64,000 nt of DNA from a bacterium (GCA_963676395.1 OY781066.1:1760001-1824000); one strand, 5' to 3'; numbered from the stretch's first letter, positions 47,811 to 58,284 are shown. Program-made: numbers and translations. The notes: generated by a model not told the origin, from the sequence alone.

Positions 47811-48593
47811 TTATGCAGTATCGTCTTGTAATGTCGATAATGCCTGACGAGCTGCCCTTTGACTGGCAGCTTTTTTAGTTGTACCTGAGCCGGTACCCAA
47901 CCATTCTTTACCTACCAAAACAGAGATCTCAAAATATTTTCCATGCGCAGGTCCTTCTTCGTGAGTTGTAACGAATTTTGGCATTTCAAGACCATGTTGT
48001 TGACAGAATTCTAAAAGCTTCCCTTTATAGTTTTGGATCTCGGCTGCGGGAAGGAGGCGTTTATGCTTTGAAAGTAATGTTTGATAAGTAAAATTATAGG
48101 CGGCTTTAAAACCACCATCCAAATATAAGGCACCAACGAAAGATTCGTAGATATCGCATAGTATAGACGATGAGTTTCTTAGATTATCGTTTTCACCACT
48201 TTTACCAAGAAGAAGGAATTGTCCAAAATGCAAACCTCTTGCAATAGAAGCCAAGGTTGTGCGATTGACCAATTTAGCTCTCATTTGTGTAAGTTCGCCT
48301 TCTTTAGCGTTAGGGAATTGTTCGAATAAAAATCTTGTAACGATCATTTCGATGACAGCATCACCTAAGAACTCCAGTCTTTCATAGGAATCCACTTTGG
48401 TTTGTGTATCATAATCTATTGCAGAGGTATGTGTGAAAGCTTGTTTTAATAGATTTTCATCGTCAAAAGAATATGGGTAAGCGCCATGAACCTTCTTCGC
48501 AAGCTTGTGTGGCTTGCTGGGGAAGAAAGAAAAGTAAGCAGACTTTATTTTATTAAGAATATTTGCCATAATAAAATTATGCAAAAAAGACAT
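47811..48593 (-). CDS. rnc: Ribonuclease III (start possibly 48569)
   Basis: YERLEFLGDAV, EGELT, DIYESFVGALYLDGG, dsRBD NYKGKLLE. Confidence 0.96.
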   Translation of the reverse strand: MSFLHNFIMANILNKIKSAYFSFFPSKPHKLAKKVHGAYPYSFDDENLLKQAFTHTSAIDYDTQTKVDSYERLEFLGDAVIEMIVTRFLFEQFPNAKEGELTQMRAKLVNRTTLASIARGLHFGQFLLLGKSGENDNLRNSSSILCDIYESFVGALYLDGGFKAAYNFTYQTLLSKHKRLLPAAEIQNYKGKLLEFCQQHGLEMPKFVTTHEEGPAHGKYFEISVLVGKEWLGTGSGTTKKAASQRAARQALSTLQDDTA

Positions 48594-48637
48594 AAGAACG
48601 ATAAATCGTTCTTATGGTCTAATAAGCAAAAAATATT

Positions 48638-48820
48638 CTAATTTTCTTTTGGCGTAATTACCGGGCGACCTTTGTAATATCCACAATGAGGACATACATG
48701 ATGAGGCATTTTTGGTTGTCCACAATGTTCACATGTAGAAACGGTTGCAGCTTTGAACTTATAGTGAGTTCTGCGTTTCGCACCGCGTGTATGAGACAAT
48801 CTTCGTTTTGGGTTAGCCAT
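48638..48820 (-). CDS. rpmF: 50S ribosomal protein L32
   Basis: MANPKRRLS..KRRTH..CEHCG..HHVCPHCGYYKG. Confidence 0.97.
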   Translation of the reverse strand: MANPKRRLSHTRGAKRRTHYKFKAATVSTCEHCGQPKMPHHVCPHCGYYKGRPVITPKEN

Positions 48821-49332
48821 TATTCCTCCGCACTTTCAAGCGTTTTTCTGAGTTCTTTCAATGAATCCCATCTGGGATCTGTTTTTTCTTTTTTACAGGT
48901 ACATTTCTCTTTATTCAGGTTTGCACCGCATCCGGCACACATACCTTTGCAAGAATCCGAACAAAGTTTCTTGAAAGGTATGCTCAATTGAATTGTATCT
49001 TGAATATAAGGTTTGATATCTATTTCGATATCCTGAGGTTCAAGATACATAATGTGATCATCTTTATCGACATTCTCTTCAGAAGTGTAAATGACTTCGA
49101 AATTCTGGTCTATCTTTTGCTTGTAAGAACCCAGGCAACGATCACATTGCAGTTCGATAAGTGTAGAGAAACTTCCTTTTATGGTATAGCTTTCTCCTGT
49201 TTGATATATAGATGCATGTACCTTCACATCTTCCCTTAATTCGGGTATATCAAATGACTCCTTATCACCTGAAAATTCAAAGAGCTTTTTATCAGCACAA
49301 ATATGTGATATCAAAATTTTCATAGCCTGCAA
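48820..49332 (-). CDS. yceD: YceD/DUF177 family protein
   Basis: CDRCL, LCSDSCKGMCAGCGANLN..C.C, DPRWDSLK; directly upstream of rpmF. Confidence 0.92.
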   Translation of the reverse strand: MQAMKILISHICADKKLFEFSGDKESFDIPELREDVKVHASIYQTGESYTIKGSFSTLIELQCDRCLGSYKQKIDQNFEVIYTSEENVDKDDHIMYLEPQDIEIDIKPYIQDTIQLSIPFKKLCSDSCKGMCAGCGANLNKEKCTCKKEKTDPRWDSLKELRKTLESAEE

Positions 49333-49476
49333 AGATAAAACAGAAAAGCTTCTTAGTCAAGTTATAATCAATGTAATAATAGCATATTTTTATCAATCGC
49401 AGGGTGGTTGCTTTTATATAAAAATGGACGACTTAAGAGTCGCCCATACATTTGTATTTGTAGCATTAATTAATGC

Positions 49477-50373
49477 TTAACGTATATTATCAACCCAACA
49501 ATCATCATAGGGTGTTGTGCGAACTAAAGTCGCACGATATTTATTGGCTTCGTCTCTAGTTTCAAAATGTCCTATACGTATTCTGTAATATGTTATTCCA
49601 TTCACATCTGCCGTTTGAATAAAGGCATCATAACCATCTTTTCGTAGTTTATTTTTGAGATCATTAGCATATACTTCTTTGCTTGAAGAAGCTATTTGAA
49701 TGGTATATTTAGCATATATATTTGGTGTTTTTTGGCCATCATCTTTTCTATCGACGATTTTACCATTCTCATTGATGGTTTCTGTTTTTGTTTGAGTCGT
49801 ATACTTAGGTTCTTTTTTTACTTCTTCTGGATTTTGTCCGGGAAGAGGAGCCGTTTGCCATTGATTAGGGATTTTTGTAACAGTTGTTTTTTTATGGATA
49901 ATCTGTTCTTTTATTACCGGAACTTCAATGACCTTAGGTGGTAATTTTTTTACCGGTTCTTCTTTAGTTTGTTGTTGAACCGTTCTTTGCTGCGTATTTG
50001 TCTTTTTTTGTTCTTGAGATTCGTTGTCTATGGTTGCAAGGTAATTTCCTTGAACATCTGCATTAAAGTGAAAATTTTTATTGATCACATTGCCTTCAGA
50101 AGTGATCATACTTAATCTAATGGTATATTTTCCCGGTTGATCGGGGATGAATGTAACATTAGGATGGTAATTTGATGGAATAAAATCTCGAGGGTCAAGT
50201 CTGGATGTTGCCGGCTTGGTGTCGAATGACCATTGATATTTAATTACATTGGATGGATGTCGAAAATTGTCAATATCTACTGTTGAACCCACGGCAACGG
50301 AGTTATCCATAGAACATCCAATTAACATGAGCAAAGACGTAATGATCAACAGAAATTTCTGGTATCCGGACAT
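49477..50373 (-). CDS. SPOR domain lipoprotein
   Basis: ATG after GGAGG; lipobox LIGC; PKD-like YQWSF..FIPDQPGKY; C-terminal YTIQIAS..YYRIRIGHF. Confidence 0.85.
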   Translation of the reverse strand: MSGYQKFLLIITSLLMLIGCSMDNSVAVGSTVDIDNFRHPSNVIKYQWSFDTKPATSRLDPRDFIPSNYHPNVTFIPDQPGKYTIRLSMITSEGNVINKNFHFNADVQGNYLATIDNESQEQKKTNTQQRTVQQQTKEEPVKKLPPKVIEVPVIKEQIIHKKTTVTKIPNQWQTAPLPGQNPEEVKKEPKYTTQTKTETINENGKIVDRKDDGQKTPNIYAKYTIQIASSSKEVYANDLKNKLRKDGYDAFIQTADVNGITYYRIRIGHFETRDEANKYRATLVRTTPYDDCWVDNIR

Positions 50374-50413
50374 AAAACCTCCAAATATGTACTTTCCATA
50401 TAATTTTGTGTAT

Positions 50414-50812
50414 TTAAAAGAAAAACGCAATCTCTTTTTTTGCATTTTCCTGAGAGTCCGAACCATGCATTGCATTGCGTCTGTTATTTTCACCATACTT
50501 GTTTCGGATGGTTCCTTCAAGGGCCTCCGGGGAATTAGTTGCTCCCAAAAGATCACGCAGATCTTGAATTGCGTTCTCTTTTTCCAGCACTAAAACAACA
50601 ATAGAACCGCTGATCATAAATTTGACCAACGGTTCATAGAATTCTCTACCTTTATGAACAGCGTAAAATGCTTCAGCTTGTTCTTGTGTTAGCGTTAACA
50701 TTTTCATTGCCATGATCTCAAATCCGGCATCTAATATGTCGTTAATAATGAGTCCCTGAACTTTTTTTTCAAGAGCATCGGGTTTAATCATTGCAAGTGT
50801 CTGTTCTTTCAT
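50414..50812 (-). CDS. ndk: Nucleoside diphosphate kinase
   Basis: TLAMIKPDA, FYAVHKGR, GTIR..YG, NAMHGSDS. Confidence 0.97.
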   Translation of the reverse strand: MKEQTLAMIKPDALEKKVQGLIINDILDAGFEIMAMKMLTLTQEQAEAFYAVHKGREFYEPLVKFMISGSIVVLVLEKENAIQDLRDLLGATNSPEALEGTIRNKYGENNRRNAMHGSDSQENAKKEIAFFF

Positions 50813-50819
50813 GGTAGCC

Positions 50820-52148
50820 TTATTTTTTTATATTCTGGATCTTCTTTTTCAAAATAACTTCAAGATCCGGTTGTCCTATTTCCTGTAGATCGTAGGTTAC
50901 GCGGACAGAGGGTTTATCTATATCGATCACCCTGCGAAGATCAATGGGAGTACCAATGACAACTGCGTCGCATTCGGTTCTGCGAATTGTTTCTTCGAGG
51001 TCTTTAACCTGTTCTTCACCATAACCCATAGCAGGTAAGAGAAGTCCGATCTCGGGATACTTTTCAAATGTTTCACTTATGGTTCCAACAGTAAATGGGC
51101 GAGGATCTATAATCTCTTCGGCTCCAAATTTAACTGCTGCAACGGTTCCCGCACCATATTCCATTTCTCCATGAGTTAAGGTCGGGCCATCTTCGACGAC
51201 AAGAACTTTCTTGCCACGAATAACTGAAGGATCTTCAACGGAGATTGGAGAAGCTGCATCAACGATAATAGCATCGGGATTTGCTTCTACAATGCTCTGG
51301 CGAACTATTTCAACATCTTCATAATCAGCTGAATCAATTTTGTTGATCACAACGATATCTGACATTTTTAAATTTGTTTCACCCGGGTAATAACTAATCT
51401 CATGTCCCGGACGATGAGGATCGGCTACGGTGATAATGATGTCGGCATCATAGAATGATGTATCATTGTTACCACCGTCCCAAAGAATAACATCCGCTTC
51501 TTTTTCTGCTTCGCGAAGAATGGCTTCGTAATCGACACCGGCATAAATGATGGAACCCATCGCAATATGCGGTTCGTATTCTTCCATTTCTTCTATGGTG
51601 CATTCATGTTTTTTTAGATCATCGATACAAGCAAAGCGTTGTACTGCCTGTTTTATCAGATCGCCGTAAGGCATGGGGTGGCGGACAGAGACAACTTTTA
51701 GTCCCATATCCTTTAAGATGTTAACCACACGACGAGTTGTCTGTGATTTGCCGCATCCGGTTCTCACTGCGTTAATAGCGATCACGGGTTTGCTTGATTT
51801 AAGCATAGTCCGTTTTCCGCCCATCATGATGAAATCAGCGCCACAAGCATTTACTAATGCTGCTTTATGCATAACTACTTCGTGAGGAACGTCGCTATAT
51901 GAAAACACAACCTGATCGACATCATGTTTTTTAATGAGTTCCGCCAGTTCGCTTTCATCCACGATCTTTATTCCTTCGGGATAGAGAGAGCCTGCCAATT
52001 CGGCCGGATATTTACGGCCGTCAATGTCAGGAATCTGAGTTGCTGTAAAAGCAACGACCTTAAAGTCCTCATTTCCTCTGAAGAAAGTGTTAAAGTTGTG
52101 GAAATCGCGTCCTGCGGCACCCATAATGATGACGTTCGTTTGTTTCAT
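50820..52148 (-). CDS. Cyclic 2,3-diphosphoglycerate synthase-like P-loop protein (arginine synthetase ArcE-type)
   Basis: MGAAGRDFHNFN, VAFTATQIP, AVRTGCGKSQT, RHPMPYGDL, WDGGNND, EDGPTLTHG, LPAMGYG. Confidence 0.85.
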   Translation of the reverse strand: MKQTNVIIMGAAGRDFHNFNTFFRGNEDFKVVAFTATQIPDIDGRKYPAELAGSLYPEGIKIVDESELAELIKKHDVDQVVFSYSDVPHEVVMHKAALVNACGADFIMMGGKRTMLKSSKPVIAINAVRTGCGKSQTTRRVVNILKDMGLKVVSVRHPMPYGDLIKQAVQRFACIDDLKKHECTIEEMEEYEPHIAMGSIIYAGVDYEAILREAEKEADVILWDGGNNDTSFYDADIIITVADPHRPGHEISYYPGETNLKMSDIVVINKIDSADYEDVEIVRQSIVEANPDAIIVDAASPISVEDPSVIRGKKVLVVEDGPTLTHGEMEYGAGTVAAVKFGAEEIIDPRPFTVGTISETFEKYPEIGLLLPAMGYGEEQVKDLEETIRRTECDAVVIGTPIDLRRVIDIDKPSVRVTYDLQEIGQPDLEVILKKKIQNIKK

Positions 52149-52344
52149 ACAAACCTCCTTTATAAGTAATTAAACGTATCTTTATCGGTAACCAGTAATC
52201 ACTGACCAGTGAACAGTGATCGGAAATAGAGAAAATACTCTTTTCTGATACACGGTATTCTGGTTTTTGATATCATAATATTTCAAATAGCTTTTGGGGA
52301 TTTTACTCCCATATATATAAAGGGTTAGCCCCTAATATATCGAA

Positions 52345-54711
52345 TTATTTAGCGGTTATTGCAACCTTGATAATATCAGAAAAATGTTCTACAAAAACAA
52401 ACTTAATACCTTTTTTTACCATCTCAGGCACTTGCGCAAGCTCGGAGCGGTTCGCAATTGGAAGTATTACGGTTTTGATCCCCATACGTTTTGCTGCGGT
52501 TACTTTTTCGCGCACTCCGCCGATAGGTAAAACGCGTCCGCGTAGTGATATTTCGCCTGTCATGGCTACGGTGTGTTTTACTTTATTTCCTGTCAGGCAA
52601 GAAAGCAGAGCTGTGGTGATGGTTACCCCTGCCGAAGGACCGTCTTTAGGAATTGCCGCTGATGGGAAGTGTATATGAATGTCTTTGGTCATGAATAAAG
52701 ATGGATCGATATTGTATTCATGTGCTGTTGATCTTAAAAAAGAAATAGCGGTTTCAACAGATTCTTTCATGACATCACCCAGCAATCCGGTGGTTTTATA
52801 GTGCCCTTTTCCGGGCATGAGATTAACTTCTACGGGTAATACATCACCGCCACTTTGAGTATAAGCCAATCCTACGACTATCCCGATTTCATCTTTTCCG
52901 GGTAACTTATCCTTGAAGACTTTTTGAGGTCCCAGGAATTGCTCAAGATTTTCAGGTCCCAAATCTATCTTGTCATGCTTGGTCTCGGTTGCAAATATTC
53001 GTGCAGATTTTCTACAGACTTTTGCGATCTCGCGTTCTAGTGAACGAACTCCCGCTTCCATAGTATAATTATCAATGATCGAAGCGATGATTTTAGGTGA
53101 AAATTTCAATTGTTTACTTGATAAACCGTTTTGTTCGATTTGGCGTGGAATTAAAAATTTCTTGGCAATCTGAGTTTTTTCCGGTGTGATATAACCGGGC
53201 ATTGTGATCAATTCCATTCTATCAAGAAGGGCCGAAGGAATGCTGTGTGTGCTATTCGCTGTGGCGATAAAAAATACTTTCGAAAGGTCAAATGCCACTT
53301 CAAGATAATTATCTCTGAAATCTTTATTTTGTTCGGGATCTAAAACTTCCAACAGAGCCGAAGCGGGATCTCCGCGGAAATCTGCACCAATCTTATCGAC
53401 TTCATCCAGCATGATCACGGGATTTTGAGACCCGCATTTCTTGATGTATTGAATAATGCGGCCAGGCATAGAACCGATATATGTTCTGCGATGTCCCCGG
53501 ATCTCAGCTTCATCACGCATGCCACCGACTGAAAAACGAATGAATTCACGATGCATAGCACGGGCAATGCTTTTACCGATGGAGGTTTTTCCAACTCCCG
53601 GAGGCCCTACAAGACAAAGGATAGGACTTTTAGCATCATTTTTAAGTTTTAAAACGGATAGGAACTCAAGGATTCGGTCCTTTACATCCTCCAGTCCGTA
53701 GTGATCGTCATTCAATATATCAGCAGCTTCATTCAGCTCTAGACTATCTTTGGTGTATTTACCCCAAGGTAGATCCAGCATCCAATCGATATAGGTTTTA
53801 CTGACTGTGTATTCCGAAGAATAGGGTGACATCAACGCCAAACGTTCAGTTTCTTTTTCTACGGCCTTACGAGCTTCTTCGGTCATTTGAGCTTTATCAA
53901 TTCTTTTATTGATTGCGATCACATCGGAATCGTCGTCTTCACCTTCGCCAAGTTCTTTTTTGATAGCTTCAAGTTGTTCGCGAAGCAGAAATTCACGTTG
54001 TTGGCGATTGACTTCTTTATTTACATGCTCATTGATCTTGGCATTGATCTCGATAACCTTGAATTCTTTTTGCAAAGCTTTGGCAAGAAGGTCAAGGCGT
54101 CGGGTAATATCAAGTTCTTTCAAGAATTCGTATTTTTCGCTGATCTGTATGTTTAAAGAAGATGCAATGAGATCTGCTAATTTAGAAGGATCTTCAATAG
54201 AGAATATCACATCTTGTATTTCTTCGGGAAAAATAGGGGAGATAGAGATAATGCGTTGAAATAGATCCGAAATATTCCGGATATAGGCTTCGGCTTCCAA
54301 TTTTGGAGCGGGAGTTTCATTTAAACGTGTGATGATTCCTACGCGATATGGATCACTTGTTTCTAGTTCACGGTCTATCTCTATGCGATACAAACCACGT
54401 AACAAAACGCGTGATGAACCGTCAGGTGCTTGCATTATTTTTAAAATTGAGCATGCAACACCGATATCAAGAATCGTTTCCTCTTCTTCTTCAGTTTCGG
54501 GTGTTATAGATAGAAGTTTTGTAAAAACACCGATGGTTTTATCGGATTTTAATGCATCATTTATTAATTGATGGTGTTTCTCCTCGCGGATAACAACCTG
54601 AAAAATAATATGAGGTAGAGGTACAATGCCTTCAACGGGTAGCAGTCGCATGGTGGGAGGCATAATATCTAATGGATTTAGTTCTTTTGTCATGTGTTTT
54701 ATTGGCTCCAA
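52345..54711 (-). CDS. lon: ATP-dependent Lon protease
   Basis: GPPGVGKTS, IRGHRRTYIG, LDEVDK, PKDGPSAG, GGVREK. Confidence 0.97.
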   Translation of the reverse strand: MEPIKHMTKELNPLDIMPPTMRLLPVEGIVPLPHIIFQVVIREEKHHQLINDALKSDKTIGVFTKLLSITPETEEEEETILDIGVACSILKIMQAPDGSSRVLLRGLYRIEIDRELETSDPYRVGIITRLNETPAPKLEAEAYIRNISDLFQRIISISPIFPEEIQDVIFSIEDPSKLADLIASSLNIQISEKYEFLKELDITRRLDLLAKALQKEFKVIEINAKINEHVNKEVNRQQREFLLREQLEAIKKELGEGEDDDSDVIAINKRIDKAQMTEEARKAVEKETERLALMSPYSSEYTVSKTYIDWMLDLPWGKYTKDSLELNEAADILNDDHYGLEDVKDRILEFLSVLKLKNDAKSPILCLVGPPGVGKTSIGKSIARAMHREFIRFSVGGMRDEAEIRGHRRTYIGSMPGRIIQYIKKCGSQNPVIMLDEVDKIGADFRGDPASALLEVLDPEQNKDFRDNYLEVAFDLSKVFFIATANSTHSIPSALLDRMELITMPGYITPEKTQIAKKFLIPRQIEQNGLSSKQLKFSPKIIASIIDNYTMEAGVRSLEREIAKVCRKSARIFATETKHDKIDLGPENLEQFLGPQKVFKDKLPGKDEIGIVVGLAYTQSGGDVLPVEVNLMPGKGHYKTTGLLGDVMKESVETAISFLRSTAHEYNIDPSLFMTKDIHIHFPSAAIPKDGPSAGVTITTALLSCLTGNKVKHTVAMTGEISLRGRVLPIGGVREKVTAAKRMGIKTVILPIANRSELAQVPEMVKKGIKFVFVEHFSDIIKVAITAK

Positions 54712-54787
54712 ATTATGATGTAATTTAAATATGAATGATGGGAGAAAAAAGAAGAAACGATGAGCGATAAACTAAAAACGGGAATAC

Positions 54788-54846
54788 TAGTGAGTAGTGA
54801 GTAGTGAATAGTGAATAGTGAGTGGTAAGTAGTAAGTAGTAAGTAG
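54788..54846. repeat. Heptamer tandem repeat, about 8.5 copies of TAGT(G/A)A(G/A)
   Basis: TAGTGAG x2, TAGTGAA x2, TAGTGAG, TGGTAAG, TAGTAAG x2, TAG. Confidence 0.9.
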
Positions 54847-54904
54847 AAGATTTCTAATGGAAGGAAGTTATCATATATATTCTACTATTTTGTCTAAATT
54901 GTTT

Positions 54905-55882
54905 TTATTGGGCGGTAAAAAACTCTTTTGCAATTTTTCGGATTTCATCAATATCTTTTGCGCGATTGATCTCGAAACGCATATGAGAAGCACCATCCAT
55001 TCCACGGATATAGGCAGCCGCATGTGTTTTAAATAAATTTCCGGCATACATAAGAGAATAATTTTTTTCCTGAAGATCAAGATGTTTGAAAAACGCTTCA
55101 CCAATCTGTGCTTTGTCGGGTGTGTCATGTTTAATATTATTGTCTAGATAATCAATAATATCTCTGAATAACCAGGGTTTTCCCATAGCACCGCGACCGA
55201 TCATAATACCGTCACAACCGGTTTCCTCGATCATTCGCTTTGCATCTTCGGGGGATTTAACATCTCCATTGCCGATGAGCGGAATGGAGAGTTCCTTTTT
55301 TACCTCAGCGATATGCTTCCAGTTGGCAAATCCCGTATACTTTTGTTTGGTAGTTCGAGGATGAAGCGTAAGTAGTGATATTCCCTGAGCTTCCAGTCGT
55401 TTTGCTGCTTCAATATGAACAATATTCCCGTTATCCCAACCGGAACGTATCTTTGCGGTAACCGGAAGATTTACGGCACGGACTACCCATTTTGCGACTT
55501 TTTCCATGAGATCCAAATCTTTTAAAATCGCGGAACCTGCACCACGTTTAACTACTTTGGGGACAGGACAACCAAAATTCAAGTCGATGATATCCGGTTT
55601 TAAGTGTTCTTCTATATACTGTGCAGAGCGAGCAAGGACTTCGGGGTCGTGTCCGAAAATTTGTATCCCAATTGGGCGTTCGATCCGGTCAAAACGCATA
55701 TAGTCGATAGTTTTATCATTTCCCCTAACGATCCCTTCGGCAGATACGAATTCGGTATACACAATACCGGCATTAAAAGTTTTGCACATAGTACGAAAAG
55801 GCCTATCTGTTACACCTGCCATGGGTGCTAATAGAACCGGATGTTTAATCTTTAATCCGTCGATGTTCAAGGGTTTTAACAT
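54905..55882 (-). CDS. dusB: tRNA-dihydrouridine synthase B
   Basis: LAPMAGVTD, DLNFGCPV..GAGS, KIRSGW, LHPRT, GNGDV, IGRGAMGKPW. Confidence 0.93.
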   Translation of the reverse strand: MLKPLNIDGLKIKHPVLLAPMAGVTDRPFRTMCKTFNAGIVYTEFVSAEGIVRGNDKTIDYMRFDRIERPIGIQIFGHDPEVLARSAQYIEEHLKPDIIDLNFGCPVPKVVKRGAGSAILKDLDLMEKVAKWVVRAVNLPVTAKIRSGWDNGNIVHIEAAKRLEAQGISLLTLHPRTTKQKYTGFANWKHIAEVKKELSIPLIGNGDVKSPEDAKRMIEETGCDGIMIGRGAMGKPWLFRDIIDYLDNNIKHDTPDKAQIGEAFFKHLDLQEKNYSLMYAGNLFKTHAAAYIRGMDGASHMRFEINRAKDIDEIRKIAKEFFTAQ

Positions 55883-56027
55883 GAATGAAATATAAACAAT
55901 AATTTTGTAAAGACAAGGTATTGCATGTCTAAGGAAGCGGAAGGTTTCGGGTAACTGTTCCTGATATTTATATGTATTTTTAGTTTATTATTTGTTACAT
56001 TAACAAATAAAAATTACGGAGTTAATC

Positions 56028-56885
56028 ATGAGTTTCAGATTTAAAAGCACAATTCTTATCGCTTGTTTAATTTTAATCTTAACCTTTAGTTGTTCTGTAA
56101 AAAGCGGTTATAAAATTTATGAATTAAAGAATGCCCCTTACCCGCATGAAGCCAGGGCCGAGGGACATGAATATCATCAGAAGCATTATAGTTACGAAGA
56201 ACACTATTCTGATTCATCGGTTTTGGTTTACATCCCCGATGCATATGAAAAAAATAACACTACAGATTTGATGGTATTCTTACATGGTTGGGGAAATTCA
56301 AAAGATACATGTGTTAAGAAATTTGAATTGGCTTCTCAATTGAATGAAGCCGGAAAAAATATGCTATTGGTGATCCCCGAAGGTCCAAAATTTGCTCCGG
56401 ATTCTCATGCCGGAAAATTTTGTGACAAGGATGGTTTTAAACGATTTATTGATGAGCTGCTAGGAAGATTGAAAGACGATGGTATTGTAAAAAATACAAA
56501 TATCGGTCGTATTCTCCTTTCCGGGCACAGTGGTGGATATTATGGAATGGCTCATATTCTCCGTTATGGCGGTTATACCGAAAAGATTTCTGATGTAGTT
56601 ATTTTCGATGGTTTATATTGGCTGGAAGAAGATTACTTAAATTGGATTCAAGCTTATGATGGTCGCCTGATCAATATTTATACGGAAAACGGCGGTACCA
56701 AGGATAATTCCGAGATGTTTATGGGGTGGTGTGATTCCCTTAATATTGATTATTTCTCGGGAGAAAGTAAAGGACTTGTTACTATGCCTGAAGATAGAAT
56801 TATTATGCTTTACAGTGATCTTGGTCACTCTGAAGTGATGCATAAACGCAAGAATTTGCTCAAGATATTAGAGTCGATGAGATAA
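56028..56885 (+). CDS. Alpha/beta hydrolase lipoprotein
   Basis: Lipobox TFSC; VFLHGW, LSGHSGGY, FDGLY. Confidence 0.8.
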   Translation: MSFRFKSTILIACLILILTFSCSVKSGYKIYELKNAPYPHEARAEGHEYHQKHYSYEEHYSDSSVLVYIPDAYEKNNTTDLMVFLHGWGNSKDTCVKKFELASQLNEAGKNMLLVIPEGPKFAPDSHAGKFCDKDGFKRFIDELLGRLKDDGIVKNTNIGRILLSGHSGGYYGMAHILRYGGYTEKISDVVIFDGLYWLEEDYLNWIQAYDGRLINIYTENGGTKDNSEMFMGWCDSLNIDYFSGESKGLVTMPEDRIIMLYSDLGHSEVMHKRKNLLKILESMR

Positions 56886-56961
56886 CTATCATCATGGAAT
56901 AATATATGAAATTGTTGAGGCGCAGGATTTTGTTTTTCTACAGAATAATAAATTAAAACTA

Positions 56962-58128
56962 TTATGACAATACGACTCTGATACAAGTCCCTTCACCTTC
57001 TTTAGAGCGATGGACAAATATTTTACCCTTATGGTATTCTTCAATAATGCGTTTTGTAAGCGATAGACCCATGCCCCAACCACGTTTTTTAGTGCTGTAA
57101 CCGGGTTTGAATATATTTTTCCATTGAGAATCCGGGATACCTTTGCCGGTATCTTCGACATCGATGATCATTTTCTTGCCGGCATTATTAAAAGCAACTT
57201 TAATGATGCCGGGTTTTCCTTCAAGAGCATCTACACCATTTTTGATAAGATTTTCAAGTGCCCATTCAAGCAATTCTGAATTAGCTTGGATATTACCGTG
57301 AGCATTCATGATAAAGTCTAGTTTTACAGCACCATTCTTTTGTGGAATACGTCGTTCGATATAGCTTTTTACACTATCAAACAGGTCGCTGGTAGGTGTA
57401 GGTGTCAGCTTAATTTTTGCCCCGATCTGTGAGAAACGATTGGATACTTTTTCCAATCTTTTGATATCTACATCCATTTCTTGCGCAATTTCACTGTTAG
57501 CTCCTAATTTCAGTTTGACTATTTCCAGCCAACCCATAAGCGAGGAGATCGGTGTACCGAGTTGATGTGCTGTTTCTTTTGCTAAACCTACCCAAATAAA
57601 CTGTTTTTCCGATCCTCGAATGTATTGAAAACCAAGGAAGCCGGCGAGGATGATAACCAATGCGCCAAGGATCTCTACGAAAGGTAACCATGTCAATTTG
57701 CGGATCGTTGCACTATCACCGTAGTGGATCATTCCTATTGCTTGATCACCAATCATTAATGGTACAGGCTCATTGCTTTCGTCCATATTTGCAGCGATCT
57801 TTTGCAGATCTTGTATGAGATTATTATTTATACTTGCCGTATCAGCTATCCCGCGAATATTTTTCCAGGCATTAATTTCATTGCTTTCGGGGACCGTGAT
57901 CACAATAGGGAAAGATATTCTTGGAATGATCTCTTCAAAGAAGAAACCATAATCTGTAAAGGCGTTATCACCAGCAAGCTGAGCATAGAGTTCCGTATAA
58001 AAGATCAATGATTCTTCCGACTCTTCTCTCAGATCGGTAACAATAGAATTTGAATAAAATAAAACGCCTCCGGCGAAGATAAGAGCGATGGCGATGAGTA
58101 CAAATTTTATACGGGAAGTATTGAACAT
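56962..58128 (-). CDS. Membrane sensor histidine kinase
   Basis: Two TM segments; WVGLAKETAHQLGTPISSL, ENLIKNGVDA, DTGKG, KRGWGMGL; start at MFNTSR. Confidence 0.92.
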   Translation of the reverse strand: MFNTSRIKFVLIAIALIFAGGVLFYSNSIVTDLREESEESLIFYTELYAQLAGDNAFTDYGFFFEEIIPRISFPIVITVPESNEINAWKNIRGIADTASINNNLIQDLQKIAANMDESNEPVPLMIGDQAIGMIHYGDSATIRKLTWLPFVEILGALVIILAGFLGFQYIRGSEKQFIWVGLAKETAHQLGTPISSLMGWLEIVKLKLGANSEIAQEMDVDIKRLEKVSNRFSQIGAKIKLTPTPTSDLFDSVKSYIERRIPQKNGAVKLDFIMNAHGNIQANSELLEWALENLIKNGVDALEGKPGIIKVAFNNAGKKMIIDVEDTGKGIPDSQWKNIFKPGYSTKKRGWGMGLSLTKRIIEEYHKGKIFVHRSKEGEGTCIRVVLS

Positions 58129-58284
58129 TGGTTTTCCTATAATTAATCTTAATAATAGGGAAAAGAAATCAAACATGCAAATATGTAAAGACGGGGGGGG
58201 GACGATCATTACTGTTTCTTACAATACCAATATCCTTGATAAATTGGATTATGATTAATAAATTCCATTTTATGGAGATATACA

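Noticed and set aside
31397..58209. Long N-terminal extensions in the ORF track (typA, dsbD, sdhC, sdhA, ptsI, SPOR protein, kinase 56962-58209)
   Set aside because: Artefacts of choosing the first start codon; downstream starts fit the RBS, gene overlaps and family N-termini better.
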